Source of the DNA: Amoebidium appalachense
Taxonomy: Eukaryota; Protista; Ichthyosporea
Assembly: GCA_963693365.1 (NCBI GenBank)
Contig: CAVNZM010000006.1
Span: 9,179,355-9,243,354 of the forward strand
DNA: 64,000 nt
Direction: 5' to 3'
The position numbers and the translations under genes are program-made. A model generated the notes under the pieces. That model saw only the letters and a list, made by a program, of their open reading frames with translations. It searched no databases and was not told the origin of the DNA. This document shows positions 1-35,460 of this stretch, one piece after another. The first letter of the stretch is position 1. Each line of letters begins with the position of its first letter.

Positions 1-50
1 AATAACCCAACCATGCACCACCTATATTTAAACATGGCACCAGCACCTAC

Positions 51-21924
<21,874 letters not shown>

Positions 21925-22475
21925 TTTTTCGGTTATATGGATGCGAACCGTGCAAACAACCTGAGAAGAAAAAAAATAAAAAGAAAATCCCTCAGGAGAT
22001 CTATCTGTGCCAACAAACGTGTCTATCCCGCCTTGCATTCATTCTTATGGCAACAAGATGTCCCCAAGGCCGGGGGGGACGCCACACGGATCCCAACCTC
22101 AACTTTGCCAAAACCCTTAGCTAGTGTGTCACTAAAAAATTTTAAGGTTGTTCAACTCCTTTCAAAACACGCCATCATGAGCGTGCTCCATCCATACCCT
22201 TCAATCACAGCTAGAGCTTTATCTTGTGAGCTAGCCTTTATTTTAGGAATGCACGTACAACATGTCACTGTTTACGTTTTACACACCACTGCAGCAGAGC
22301 TGGTGACTGTGACCTGGTATCGGAAGTCCTAAAAGGCTCGTTAGCCAAATAGACTCTTACAATCGCAAATCGTTAAAATCGCTCTTTTTTGAGGGCATAT
22401 TTGACGAATCAAGATACGGAAAGTCCAAATTCGGTGATTTTGTTTTATGTTGTTGTTGAGGCGGCTCACGGACAG

Positions 22476-22489
22476 TTTTGGCGCGAAAA
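22476..22489. promoter_or_regulatory. Palindromic overlapping E2F/DP site in the BLTP1 / CCDC172-like divergent promoter
   Basis: TTTTGGCGCGAAAA contains the reverse complement of the DHFR-type double E2F element TTTCGCGCCAAA; lies in repeat-free DNA between head-to-head starts (21924 minus, 22756 plus). Confidence 0.6.
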
Positions 22490-22755
22490 CTTATGATAAA
22501 GCTATTTCATACACACAGTATGCACTTTAGTGTGTGTACACAGCTGCACAGCTGGCAGAGCCCAGAAAATTACGTTCCTTCTTAACATCGCTCCCTTGGC
22601 ACAAAATATATAACGGTTTAGCTGGTGCCCAAAAAGCGGTTTGCAAACCTTAAACCAACCGATGCAAGCAATCTTCTTTGTTGCATAGTGCCCCTCCCAA
22701 ACCCTGAACTTTAGCTGATTCACCACCTTCTCCCAGCTGTTCCGCCTAAACCAAC

Positions 22756-23603
22756 ATGGCTCCTACCCGCTATGAACTGGAGTCCTTGGCAACCGCCTTG
22801 GAGTCCCTAGAAGCCCGTGAGTCGAGCACTCGCTTTTTTTTCGCGTCCTTCCCATGTTTGGCCTTTTTTATCTTTGGTTGTGTTGCATCCTTGATCTTCT
22901 TAAGATCTCCTTGGTTTGCTTTCGGCAGCCAAATCTGGTTGCAAGGGAAAACTCTGGATAACACATCACGCTTCAGCAGCAGGCGACAACTTAAGCTTTT
23001 TGTCTTTTTGTCCAGAGACTTAATCTTGGCCTAAATGCACCTGTTTCAGGCAGGCGATGTCTGCCGGTAACTCACTGGAAGCTTTTTTTGTGCTTTCTCT
23101 TACAGAGCACCCACACCTCCACACCCTTGGTTAGCAGCGCCATACGTGACTAAGTTTCCGGTTCATCTGACCGGCATCTTGCCTTTATTTCAGAGAAGAA
23201 GGAGAGCAGCCGTCGCACCTCTGAGTTTCGTCTGGCAGCAGAAAAGCTCCAGCAGATTCAGCTAGAGGGTAAGTCACAAGGGAACGTGAGTACATGAATC
23301 GTTGCGAAGTTTGTGGAAATGAATTGGCAGCATTTTTGTCCTTCCTTTGCTCTAAGGATTGGGGCTCGGTTCACAAAGGCATGTAGAGCTGCCTGAAGGG
23401 TGAGAGCTAACCCGTTCTGCTTGTATGAGATATGTGTGTCTGTAGCCTTTTTTCGCCTTTTTTCCCGTGCCTTTTTTTTTGGGTCCTCTTTTCCCCCTCC
23501 ACCTTTATGTCAGACCAATAGGCGTTGTTTTTGTTTGTTTTTTTTTTGTTTTTTTTTTTGTTTTTTTTTGTTTAGTTTTTTTTTTTTGGGTCGGGGGGAA
23601 GGT

Positions 23604-23641
<38 letters not shown>

Positions 23642-23749
23642 GGCTGTGTGCGTGCTTTTGCCACTGTGATAGAACTTCTTGTGCCTCCCTCTTCTTGTTG
23701 ACATTGATAAGTCTTCTCTTTTTCAGGTTGAAGGGGCGGGGGAGGGGCG

Positions 23750-23786
<37 letters not shown>

Positions 23787-24006
23787 GGATATAAGCAGTT
23801 GTGCATGACAAAAATAGTGTGTGAGGCAGGTTTGGGTTTTCAACTTTTTGATATGCTGTTGTGTGTGTGCATCCCCGCCAGGGTCTGCACACATTGTGTA
23901 GGTTATTTTGTTTGCTTGCTTCGTTTGTTTTTTCCCCTTTTACTGTTTTCTTTTTGTTTTTGTGTTTTCGCTGGGATAAATTTTTTTGGGTGCGGGTGGG
24001 GAGGAA

Positions 24007-24048
<42 letters not shown>

Positions 24049-24331
24049 TCGATGTCCCGTGGTAGTTTAAAAAATTATACTTGCCGATATGCCAACTGTT
24101 ATGGTACTTGTGGGTAAATGAACTTATTTGGATGGTGGTACATACTGTCTTGTTTCATTGATCTTGTGTGTGCCCAAACACCAAGTGATTGTGTGTGCAC
24201 GGAGTGCCACGTGCGCACGGCATCATAGATGTGCATGTGTGTGTGTGCGTGCGTATGTGGGTGGCTGTTTCTTTTTTTTTTTTTTTTTTTTTTTTGGTGG
24301 TGGTGGGGGGGGGGGGGGGGGGGGGGGAGGG

Positions 24332-24372
<41 letters not shown>

Positions 24373-25462
24373 GATCCTAACACTGGCCTGCATTGTAGAG
24401 CAAAAAGTGCTGATTGGAGTCCAGAATGAACTTCAGGCTTTGAAAGGTATCAGCCCAGGTCACAAGAGCCCGTTCTTTTCACTGCTTGCACCCCTACATG
24501 CACACATACCCCCCTTGCCGTCTCTCTCTCTCCTAGGCCTCTCTCTCTCTCCCCCCCCCCCCCTCCCCCCCCCCCCCCCCCCCCCCCCCGCCCCCGCCCC
24601 CCCTCCTTTACCCCTGCTTCCCTACTACCGTACTACCAGTAAGCCTGCTTTCACACAATAAATCCCCTGCCGCCCTTTACCCATCCATTTGCTCCTTATC
24701 TTCTGCATTCCCTTTCATACACTCCGACTATTCCTTCATGCATCAGACAAGTATGCTCCCCAATGCACTGTGCCAGCTTGAACATTCGAGTTATTCCTGC
24801 ATGTGGGGATCCTGTTTGTTGTGCACTTAGACACGAATTTGCACACCGATAGTCACAACAATTCTATTACAAGCGGGGCAATTTCATTTATGGCTATACT
24901 AGGATGCAGTGAGATCTCTCATCGACTGTCAAGATATCTGGTTTGTAAATGCAAATAAGCAAACCCCTTCCTAATCGAGTACAAATAATCTCAACAGAGG
25001 AAGCTGCAAGCTCAGAGGCACGCATTCGGCTGCAGGACAAAATCCTGGACAGGTATTTCAATCTCTCTCTACGTGTGTCTTGGGCCTATTCCACACTGTA
25101 GAATACTAAGTTTCTCCAGGTGGCTTTGTTTGTTTAGTTGCATCGTAGGTGCTTGTCATCAAGTTGGATACAAGTGCTGACGGTTGGGGCGCAGGCTGAG
25201 GGCCAAAAAGGCCAAGGAGGAGGATGCAATCAAGAAGCTGGCAGATGAGCGCATGAAGCTGACAAAGGGCCGTGCAGCCCACCGGTACGTGGTATTTTGC
25301 TTGAGTGTATTGTCGCCAGTTGCTCGTGAAAGTAGGTGCGCAAAAAAACCGAGCCACCGGGATGTATGTTTCTGTGGTGTAATGGACGTGGGGGAACGTG
25401 GGAGGCCTGAGGTTCGGAGTAGGTGGGGGAGGGGGGGGGGGGGGTCTTTTTCCTTTTTTTTT

Positions 25463-25493
<31 letters not shown>

Positions 25494-25782
25494 GAGGAGG
25501 AAGGGGGAGGGGGGCGCTGGGAGGGGGGGGGGGGGGGGAGTCAACCATAGCTTTTCGCTTACCTTGGGTCTATGTGCGTAATTTGAGTTTGCTGACATAT
25601 GGTGTGGTGCAGGGCCAAGTTCACTGAGCAGATGGACGAGCTGAACAAGATTCTCGGCTACAAGGCCACGGCATATGCATTCACCAGTGGACGGGAGGAG
25701 ATGGCCATGCTCAAGGCCCAGGTGGAGGAGTTGACTAACAAAGGTAGAAGTGGGTGTGGGGTTGTGGTTTTTTTTTTTTTTT

Positions 25783-25826
<44 letters not shown>

Positions 25827-26147
25827 GGAGAATATGAGTAAAGGTGGTGATCAGTTGAGGTGTTGCTGTGTGTATGATGCACCCTGTCAATGAGCTTGTT
25901 GTTGCTTGGATTGCTTGTTCTGTGGATGAGTTTTTTCTCTTTTTTTCTTTGTTTCCGAGGTGTGGCTGCTGATATTGTTGAATGGAAAGACTTCAACAGG
26001 TGCCTTCGAGAGCTGGAATAGTTGTCCGAGGAACGGTTTTGTTTTCTTTGAATTGCTGTATCTTCTCTCCGGGGGACTTCTTGGAGTGTACGTCAATTGT
26101 TTTGTGTGTGTGTCTTTTGCTGGTATACTATGTAGGGAAAGGGAGAG

Positions 26148-26219
<72 letters not shown>

Positions 26220-26945
26220 TGTATGTGTGTGTGCGTGTGTGTGTGTGTGTGTTGGAGGGGAAGAGGGGGAGGAGGGAGGGGGCTTCTAATTTAATGTCCT
26301 TCATTTTCCTCCATCAGTGCGTCTGCTGGACAATGAGCTCTATCTGGCCGAGAGAGCTGAGGGCTTCCGTGCCGAGGAGAGCGGGCAAGGTATACGTAAC
26401 TTCCCCCCCTGCCCCCCCCCCCCCCCCCCCCTTCCCCACCTCTCTTCCCCCCCCCCCCCCCCTCCCCCCTCTCTTTCTCATGCCCGGCCCTTCTCGATTG
26501 CCCACCTACCACCTAGACTAACACCACCAAACTCACCCCTTAGCCTGAAACACACGTGCATGTGTACACCCACATATGCCTTCTCTTCGACCTCTTCCTC
26601 CTCCTGCTCCCATACACACGTTTTGTTGTGATGGTGGTGGGAGGTGGCAGTGGTGGTGGTGGTGGTGACGCTTTTAAGCCGGGGAAGAGGGGGGGGGGGG
26701 GGGGGGGGGGGGGACGACTGAGGCTGGCCAGGGGTTCTTTGTTCACTGTAATGTTTTTGGCCTGTTAAGTATTTTGCTATCTCGCTCGCCAGTAGGGCCA
26801 TTATTGACTTACGGCTGAGATAAATTACATATGGCCATCGAATCTTTCTCTGTCCATTAGGTAACAATTGCATGTGTGTGTTCGTGGATGTGGTTTATCA
26901 TGGATGGTAACCAATTGCAACTTGAAGCCTGTATGAGGCTACGAC

Positions 26946-26976
<31 letters not shown>

Positions 26977-27012
26977 GGTGGTGGTGGTGGTGGTGGTGGT
27001 TGTGTGTGTATG

Positions 27013-27062
<50 letters not shown>

Positions 27063-27783
27063 AGCAACTGCTGGTCTGATCAGCTCAACGAGATGATGCA
27101 ACTGTGGGTACGAGAAACCCTAGCTTTTAAAGTTTGCTGCTTCGTGTGGCCAAACTCGTAGACTTATGATTTACTTTCTTCTCGGCTTCTAGATTGGTGT
27201 TTTTTTTTTTTTTTCAACCTGCTTGTAAGTCTGTAGACTTCCGGTTGACGTTATGATTTGTTGTTGCCCCAACACAGGGCTCGGGGAGGAGAGGGGGGGA
27301 GGGGGGAGGGGGATGGGGGGAGGCGGTGCGGGGCAGAGGGAGCGGAAAGGGGAGGGGAAGGGAACTGCCAGGGGGAGGGGGTTGGGGGGGGGGGGGAGGT
27401 TGCAGAAATTTTTTTTGGGTTCCGGCTTATTTTAACGATTCTTTTCTAATTGTCAGTCCTGGCTGATGCCAATACCAAGGGGGCCCCGGTATGCTCTGAG
27501 GCCACAGAGGTATCAATTGATTGTGTTTGTGCATGTGGCATTTCTTCGTGCAGCTGGCCTTTCTGTTTTATTGCTTTGAACATTATACGTTTTCACATCA
27601 CACTTGCCCGTTTTTGTGTTATGGTGCGTAAATTGCTTGGCTTGGCAACGGTTGTGCACAGTGGATGGTGTACGGCCACTATGATGTACGGCCACCATAA
27701 ATACTTTTGTAATTCCTTACGAGCGGCATCTGTTGAGGTCTGGGGTTCTTGGATGCGCATGCAGGGAAGGAGGATTTTTTTTT

Positions 27784-27829
<46 letters not shown>

Positions 27830-28801
27830 GAAGAAGGTTGTTAAAGTTATGTGTGAGTGGTTGTTTATATGGTGGGTGAGAGGCAGAGTGGATTTGTGCG
27901 TAGTTGCAGGTGCTAGTGCGTAGTGTGGTTATGTTGGGACAAGAGCCTCGTTTTTTTTTTTTTTTTTTTTTTTTTTTTTGTCCCAGTATAGTTACAAAAT
28001 CTTTTTTTTGTGGGGGGGGGGGGGAGGGGGAGGGGGGGGGGGGGGGGGGGGAAGGCAGGGGGGTTGGTTGGTTGTTCTCCATTCTTACGTCTTGAGGTTC
28101 CTAAGTTAGTCTTTTGAAAGATTCTGTTTTATTCTTCATAGTTTCGGGCGGGGGTCCTCTGAAGGGGCCTCTCTCGGTATTTCCTTGTTGTGTAGTTTAG
28201 GGAGCCCCTGTAACAGCCCCCACACCACGAAGTTCATCCGATTCCCCTTGGTTCTTCTGTTCTTGGGGAGCCGCAAAACCGGTGGTAGTGGCATGTTTAT
28301 GGTTTTTTTTTTTTTTTTTTTTTTTTTGTTGGGGGGGGGAGGGGGGGGGGAAGACTGGGGGGAGAGAGGGAAGGGGGGGGGGGGGGATTTGAAACTTATG
28401 TGTGTTTGTCTTTATTCTTGACGCCGGCCATACATGTCTGTCGGTGCGCTTGTAGCACTCAAAACACAAGTGCCCATACATGTGCAACTGTTGATACACA
28501 CCCACGTGCCCATGTTCACATCCATGAGGACAGGCTGACGACGCTGGCATGTCTGCCCCATTTGCTCCAGTTGAGATCATCTACGAGAAATGGACTGACC
28601 GTAGGACTGCCTACTCTCTCTTCAAGTATGCTCCATGTGAATGCCTGACCAATATACCTCGCTTTGTTGCTCGCTCCCTTACCCCAATGCATGCCCTTAT
28701 ACTTAGGCCTGCCGTTGTACATGTGTTTAGAATCACGTTGAATGCTATATTTTTAAAGAAAAAAAAACTCCCCCCTCCCCCCCTTTTTTTTTCCTTTTTT
28801 T

Positions 28802-28851
<50 letters not shown>

Positions 28852-29452
28852 CTAGGTAATTGTTATCTAAGCAAATTTTACACTTTGGCACCTGCTTCAA
28901 GCCTCCTTTGAAATGGGCTATTCATCTACATGTGCACTGCATTGTGCGGACTGCTTCTGCATAAGACATTGGTGTGACGATGGTGACGCTGTCAGGGTGG
29001 AGCTGGAAAAAGGCATACAAGTGGGCCAAGCAGCTGCAGGTGCAGTCGACGACCAGAACCAAGCGCTGGCTGCCAACATCATTGAGATGCAAACGTAAGT
29101 GGTGGTGCTGATTCATGTGCACAAGCCTTTTCAACGCAGAAAACTTCTTATCTATGTGCATCACACACGTTTTTCATTTTTCTCTTCTTCTTCTTCTTCT
29201 TCTTCTTTTCTTTTTTTTTTTTTGGGGGGGGGGGGGGGGTCGTGGAAAGTACGCACACACCACAACTGTCCTCCCCGCCTACGCACAAAGCATTTTGGCA
29301 AACAGTTAGGACATTGTATGTGCTTGTGTGCTCCCCACCATTCAATACGATGCACGTTGTCGGGCCCACCTCCCCTAATTGATGACTAACGATGTTACGG
29401 TTTCAGGTATGTGGAGGAGCTCAAGGCCACCATGCCCGCAAAGGCCAACTAG
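22756..29452 (+). CDS. Coiled-coil protein, probable CCDC172-like (~275 aa)
   Basis: 12 phase-consistent GT-AG exons: 22756-22816, 23194-23268, 24399-24446, 24998-25052, 25195-25284, 25613-25743, 26318-26389, 27084-27107, 27457-27488, 28534-28625, 28996-29094, 29407-29452 (TAG). Product MAPTRYELESLATALESLEAQKKESSRRTSEFRLAAEKLQQIQLEEQKVL...QNQALAANIIEMQTYVEELKATMPAKAN is heptad-rich. The gene is well supported; the family call rests on recalled similarity to the CCDC172 N-terminus. Confidence 0.75.
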
Positions 29453-29816
29453 ATACTGCTGCCAAACCAGTAAACGAGGCCAACTGTAGTGGTTCAAGCA
29501 GTAGACGAAACCTAAAATTATAGAAGCAGTGTGTGTGTCTGTGTAAATGTATGTTATGTTTGTGTTGCCTAACGTATTAAACTGAGCAGTAGACTATTTT
29601 AGGCTCGCGGTGTGTTATCCGCATAGTGACATTCTCGTTGAAATAATTTAGATTCATGGCTGAAAAAAAAAAAGGGGGGGATACCAAGCACTGCTTTCGT
29701 AATCAAACATAAATCGATTTATCATAAGGCTGACCAAATTCTGCAATCTAAGCTGGGCCCTATCCGTGCATCAGGAGAAGTAGGGTATGCTAGTGTATCA
29801 CGAGGGGTGTTTGGTG

Positions 29817-29855
<39 letters not shown>

Positions 29856-30693
29856 TCTCCTCTACTCTGAGCTCATAAAAACTGAGAAACATGAAGACGT
29901 GCTATCAAACAAGTATTGTAGTGGTGATTCTGTACGGATCCACGCATATAGGTCGAGTAAATTTGTCAGTGAGAACTCTGGGATAACCACGTTTAGTTTC
30001 ATGTGTTTTGCAAGTGGCTGAAAGCATGGAAATGTGTAGCCTGTCTATTACATATCAGGTGGTGACGAAGCCGGGGCGCCGGCGCGCGTGCTTGAAGGTG
30101 TACTTGTATGTGGACTGCAGGGGGGAGTGCATTCTCTGTGCCCACCACGTGCATGCCAGGTGTGTGACTTATGCACCGCTTGAACGTTGTAGAGCCTTTC
30201 GGTTACAAACATGCAAGTTTATGTTGATGCTGATGTAAACGCTGATAATATCAACTTTTTCAGACGCCACTAAAACTCTTTCTCCTTTGAGAGTAAAAAA
30301 TAACGCTCGCTTCTCATTTCTCACAAATGCACACATGTAAAGTTCAGTTCTGTAGGAGGTCAAGGACTTTATTATGAATTCAAAACCAAAATGCACATCG
30401 AAGCAGCGAAGGGAGAGCTTACACACACACACAGCAGTCCGCCGGACAGAAAAGCCAGAAAAAAACACCCGGCTCACTGCACCGACAAGACGTGACCACA
30501 CAAATGTGAAGTTTCTACGTAAATTGGAGACTAATTCCGAATTAGAATGGCTGAAAGTCAAATGTTTTCGTTGGAACCCCTTTTTAGGATTGAAAGGTTG
30601 GGTTTTTCTTAAAGTTCATAAAACTTGTTTTATTTGTTTGTCGTAAACGTTGTGAATAGGGGGATTCAAATATCAGCTGGGATGTCCAACAAC

Positions 30694-30790
30694 CTGATTG
30701 GTGCACAAAAGTACGATTGACGCAAGATTAGCCAATCAAATCGCTCCTCGACGAAGACTTTTAGCCTAAAAAGGCAAGTTTATGACGTAG
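30694..30790. promoter_or_regulatory. TIM17 proximal promoter: two CCAAT boxes and a CRE-like site
   Basis: CTGATTGG (30694-30701), AGCCAATCA (30730-30738) and TGACGT (30783-30788), 250-350 bp upstream of the TIM17 ATG in repeat-free sequence. Confidence 0.5.
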
Positions 30791-31046
30791 TACTGTACTG
30801 GGCAGTTGGAGCACATGTCCTGAGTGTAGAAAAACCTGCCGCCTTCAGGGTGTTTGCTCAGTCCAAGGCTTGGCAGTCCTTTTGGCGTGTTGGGGTGTGC
30901 GTGCGTTTCAACAGTAACGCTGTACTCTGCTAGGTCAGAAGGTCTACTTTTTGTTCACTTACAACTTACTTCGTTGTAAGTAAGCTTTTATCTAAACCTT
31001 CTGTAGCCTTGTGGTGTGCTTCTAGCACGTGTGTGTAACCTTCAAC

Positions 31047-33091
31047 ATGTCTGACGCCGAGATGATGCGCAACCCTTGGTAAGTGCGAGCATTCACCAGT
31101 TCTCTTCACACCTTTGAGTATTTACTTTACTTGTGTGTGGTTTTGCTCAAGATTTCCCAACTTTTTTTCCCCCCCAACTTCCTTGTCGGACGTTTTGGTC
31201 CTGTGTCCTGCATGGCTTCTAAACTTGAGTAAGTTAAATCAAAAGGGTGTCCAACCGTTGGAGTAGTGTTGACCAGGTGTCTACCAGCCCCTACAGAATC
31301 CTGGATGACTTTGGCGGTGCATTCGCCATGGGCGCCATAGGAGGCACAGTCTGGCATGCAGTGAAGGGCTACAAGAACTCTCCTCCTGTAACCCCCCCCC
31401 CCCCCCCCCTCCCCCCCCAGCCCTCCCCCCCAAGCCCGCCCGCCCCTCCCCCCAGGATTTCCCTGCTGCCCATACACTTTATCCCCCCCCCCCCCCCCCC
31501 CCCCCCGGACCTCCGGCACATATTCTCTGCGTGTGCCCTGCATTATCTACTTTGTTCTTAAAGGTTGTGAAAGTGTACTTTACGCTGTGAAACATACTCA
31601 AACCCGCCACCCCCCGCCCCTCTTTCCCCCTCGGCCCGTTGCATGCTGTGTTCAATTTCTTCTGGTTGGCATGCCCTTTCTTCTTTTCTGTTTTTTGTGT
31701 CTGGTTTATGTGCTTTTTACACTGTCATCACTTCCTATCATTCTCTCGTAATTCCCTCCCCCTCCCAACCCCTCCTCCCTTTCCTCCTTTCCCCTCCCCT
31801 TTCCCGACGCATTGCCCCGGCTGTGTGAGCCATGTCACCACACTTTAAACTTATACACAGCTTTCCACTGGTTAGTTTTTCTAAACGTGCACTTGAAGCA
31901 CTTGCTCCTGCTGTGCTTGTATTTGGCAGCTGATCATGGCGGGGATGAGATGGTTTTTTCACTTTCTTCCCCTTCCACCTGTTCTTTTCTGTGGGTGCTT
32001 TTTTTGGGGGGAGGGAGGGGAGCACAAGCGTGATAAATTGGTGAGAGTTTTAAGCTCTAAGACCTCCGTCTGTTGACAGGGCATGAGGATGAGGAGCAGT
32101 GTGAATGCCGTGAAGGCCAGAGCACCAGTTCTGGGCGGCAACTTTGCTGCCTGGGGTGGCATGTTTTCGATCTTCGATTGCACACTTGTGGCTGTGAGGC
32201 AAAAGGAAGATCCCTGGAACGCTATTCTGAGCGGGGCTCTTACTGGCGGTGTCCTGGCCGCACGAGGTAAGATTGGAATATGGATGGGCAGGGTAGAGGT
32301 CGTGTGAGGGGTGTGGAGAGGGGGGAGGTGGTTGGAGAGGGGGGGGCTCGGAGATGTAGTTGTATGAAGCTACAAGGAGGTAATATGACCTGAACTTGAA
32401 AGCCTTGCCGCACGAGGTACTAGATAGGAATGTGGGCCAGCAAGGCACATATGGCAGGGAGGGGGTGTGACGGGGGGGGGGGGGGGGGTGTCTTTTTTTT
32501 CTTTGTTTCTTTTTTTTTTGTGTGTGGGGGGGGGGGGGGAGGGAGGGGGGGGGGAGATATTCAAAGTAGGGTTTGCAGGAAATGTATGGTGTACCTGAGG
32601 CTGAAGGCAAGAGCCTGGTGCGTCGTTTTTTGGATGTTTTTTTTTTGGGTAAGATACTTTTAACAGACTCAGTGCGGGTACATCGAGGGGTACTGCACAT
32701 ATTTGTGGAATTGGAGTTTGAGACTAACGGGGGGAAGAGGGGGAGGGGTATTTATATTTGAGTGCTGAAATTATTAGTATCTGGTGGGGAGGGTGTGTAG
32801 GAGGCAGAATTGTGTTTCACTTATCCCTGCACAGCATTTGGGAAGGGGGGTTGGGCTTGGGCGAGTGTTTTTGTGTTGGTGAGCAAAGTGGAGAGAGTTT
32901 TTGCGCTGTGCTTATTTTTCCGTTCTGCAGGTGGTCTTAAGGCAGCCGGGCAGTCAGCTGTGATTGGCGGGGTGCTGCTGGCCATGATTGAGGGCCTTAA
33001 CATTGCTATTACACGCGCGCTGGCCCCCAACACCAGGCCACAGATGACCGAATTCCCAGAGGCACCTCTGCCCAAGGCTGCTGCTTACTAA
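31047..33091 (+). CDS. TIM17: Mitochondrial inner membrane translocase subunit Tim17
   Basis: Exons 31047-31078, 31288-31387, 32080-32266, 32931-33091. Protein has the hallmark motifs [76 protein letters not shown]. Confidence 0.98.
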
Positions 33092-33283
33092 ATGCTGCTC
33101 CTAGGTGGGTGGTGCTGCCCGTTGCTTGCTCCATGTGGTGGGGTTGTTGGTGGTGGTGTCTTCGGTGGTTCGTGTTTGCCAGTGTGGTTGTGTGTGTTTG
33201 GGGTGGGGAGGGGGGGCTTGGATCCACACGGCAATATGAAACTTTACTGCACCTGCGTGAGCAGTCCTATGGTTTGTCACTCG

Positions 33284-33405
33284 TTGCAGTGCGGTAGAGT
33301 TCTTCTTCGGTGGTGGGTGTTCTGTGTTTTTCCTTTAGGAGGGGGGAATGGGTTTCTTGATTTGCACTAGTGGTGTTTGGGTTTTACCAGTGCGTTTTTT
33401 TTTTT

Positions 33406-33436
<31 letters not shown>

Positions 33437-33552
33437 GGGCTGGGGGAGGGGGTTTGGATGCACTTGTGGTTTATTACCCACTGCAGTTTGGCAGGGTTCT
33501 TCTTTGGTGGGGGTGTTCTGTGCTTTTCCTTTGGGAGAGGGAAAGGTTTTTT
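33284..33552 (+). repeat. Imperfect ~70-bp direct repeat downstream of the TIM17 stop
   Basis: TGCAGT..GG.AG.GTTCTTCTT.GGTGG.GGGTGTTCTGTG.TTTTCCTTT.GGAG occurs at ~33284-33358 and ~33482-33552. Confidence 0.7.
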
Positions 33553-34718
33553 TGGTAAGATCGTATCCTCCTCAGGTGTGGAAGAGGGACCGTTCAGTTC
33601 TGTTGCTCTTGAACACCGACGTACCCATCAGCCGGCCCCCGTGATTGAGGTCCAGCAACAAGGTGGTAGATTCTAGATATATGATGCGAATGTCATGGTG
33701 TGTGTGCGAATTTGTAGGGAAAACAAGAGCTAGTGTCGGCAGAAACGTGTAAATTTTCAGACAGCCGGCGCACGCGCACACCACGAAATGCCGCTAGTTG
33801 GCTACTTGGGGGCATGTCTGTATTAGAGCATGTAGAAGAAGCATGTAATGTAACTTAGTCCTGGGCTTGCGGTTTGAAGGTTAGTGCACACTAATATTAG
33901 GCGAGTGCCTTTTGGTATTATCACGAGTGCAGGCAACAACAGGGCATTATGCAATTGCTCCTGCAAAAAAAATGTCTTTTTCCGTGACATTATCTACTTA
34001 CTTCCTTTTGTTTTGTTCTCAGGGGGTTAGGGCATGATACCTTCTCCCCCCATAACCCCCTGCGCGGGTCACCTGGCCAGACATATGTTGCAAGTATAGT
34101 CATGCACATTACCAGCGTAAAGACTCTGCTCGCATCTCCGTGACAGTATATACCGAACAACGACATGCACAAGTTTTTGGGGTTAGGGCAGTCAGGGACT
34201 TATTTCTTTGTGTGTCGGAAGGTGGGTAAGGAAAAGCATTCCTTTAGGGCTGGGCATATGAAGTATGATGGATATGATGTGGTGGTGGTGGGGGATAATC
34301 TTTGCCCCGTAGGTATTCAGTGAAGCCCTCAGTGAGGCTCACTCATGATCAGCTATTATAATAAAAAATTAAAAATGGGAAGCCGAGATGGCCGTGAGTG
34401 TGCTGATGACGGGTGATTACGTAACATCATTTTTGCGTAAAACGGGCAACCTAGTTCAAGGCCAGCCAGGCCAAAACTGCTGGCACGTACTGACTGTGCC
34501 CTCTAGCCGATGTACGATAGAATCGACGCTGGCAAGGGCAGGTGAGCACGTGATCAGTCGCTCTCCGGGTCGTCCGCGTTCCCTTGAAAAATAAGAGCTA
34601 TCCTCAGAAGGTAGCTGCCAAAACTGCAACCAGCCTTCACTACTGCCTTCCGTGAATACTCTACTTAAACGCAACACCAGCTTATTCGAATTAGACCTTG
34701 TCGGGCTTAGCCAACACC

Positions 34719-35387
34719 ATGGCAGCGCTACGTAGAAACTGGGTGGAGAGGCTGAGCGGCCTGCTGCTCTTTGACGCCTCAGACATAGTCGACTACCTGC
34801 TGGCCATGGACACAGGTAGAACCAGGCCAAAGGGGCACACACGCACACACACACACACACAAAAGGCCCATGCCCATGCATGCATAAATACGCATGATTG
34901 GACAGGGAGCATGCTCGGTGAAGGCTACAGCGTGCACATTTTTACTGCCTTACACCAACATAACTGCAGGAGTACCCAGACATGTACAATTGCAGATCCG
35001 CACCCAGATGCAACATGCTTGTAAACACAAAGACTGCAGGCACACGCACGCACACGCTTGATTTCCCACGGTAGAGCTGCACTTGCACACACAGAGAGCC
35101 ACTCTGGGAACACCCACCCCTTGACAAACGTACACAAACACAGAGAGGGGGTAGGTGGCAGACTGATCTGGGCACACGGTGTGTATGGGTGACGGATGTG
35201 TGCTCTTGCATGCTTTGTGCTTGTGTGAGTGTCTATATGAAATTGTTTCCGCAAACAAGCATCCATGTACAGGCAGGCGCAACCCTCGCCTCGAGTAAGG
35301 GCAAGGAATCTTGTCGATCAAAGAACAAGAAAGGGTCCTGTACCACGGGCGTTTCATCCTGGCTTCTTTGAGTGTTGAATGAACACT

Positions 35388-35460
<73 letters not shown>

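Noticed and set aside
22770-23034. Lys-rich minus ORF and the unspliced 92-aa plus ORF
   Set aside because: Better explained as exon 1 plus intron 1 (donor GTGAGT at 22817) of the CCDC172-like gene and its antisense shadow.
23057-23066. Alternative first exon ATGTCTGCCG|gtaac for the coiled-coil gene
   Set aside because: In phase, but the 22756 exon has a stronger donor and extends the family-like N-terminus; cannot be excluded as a minor start.
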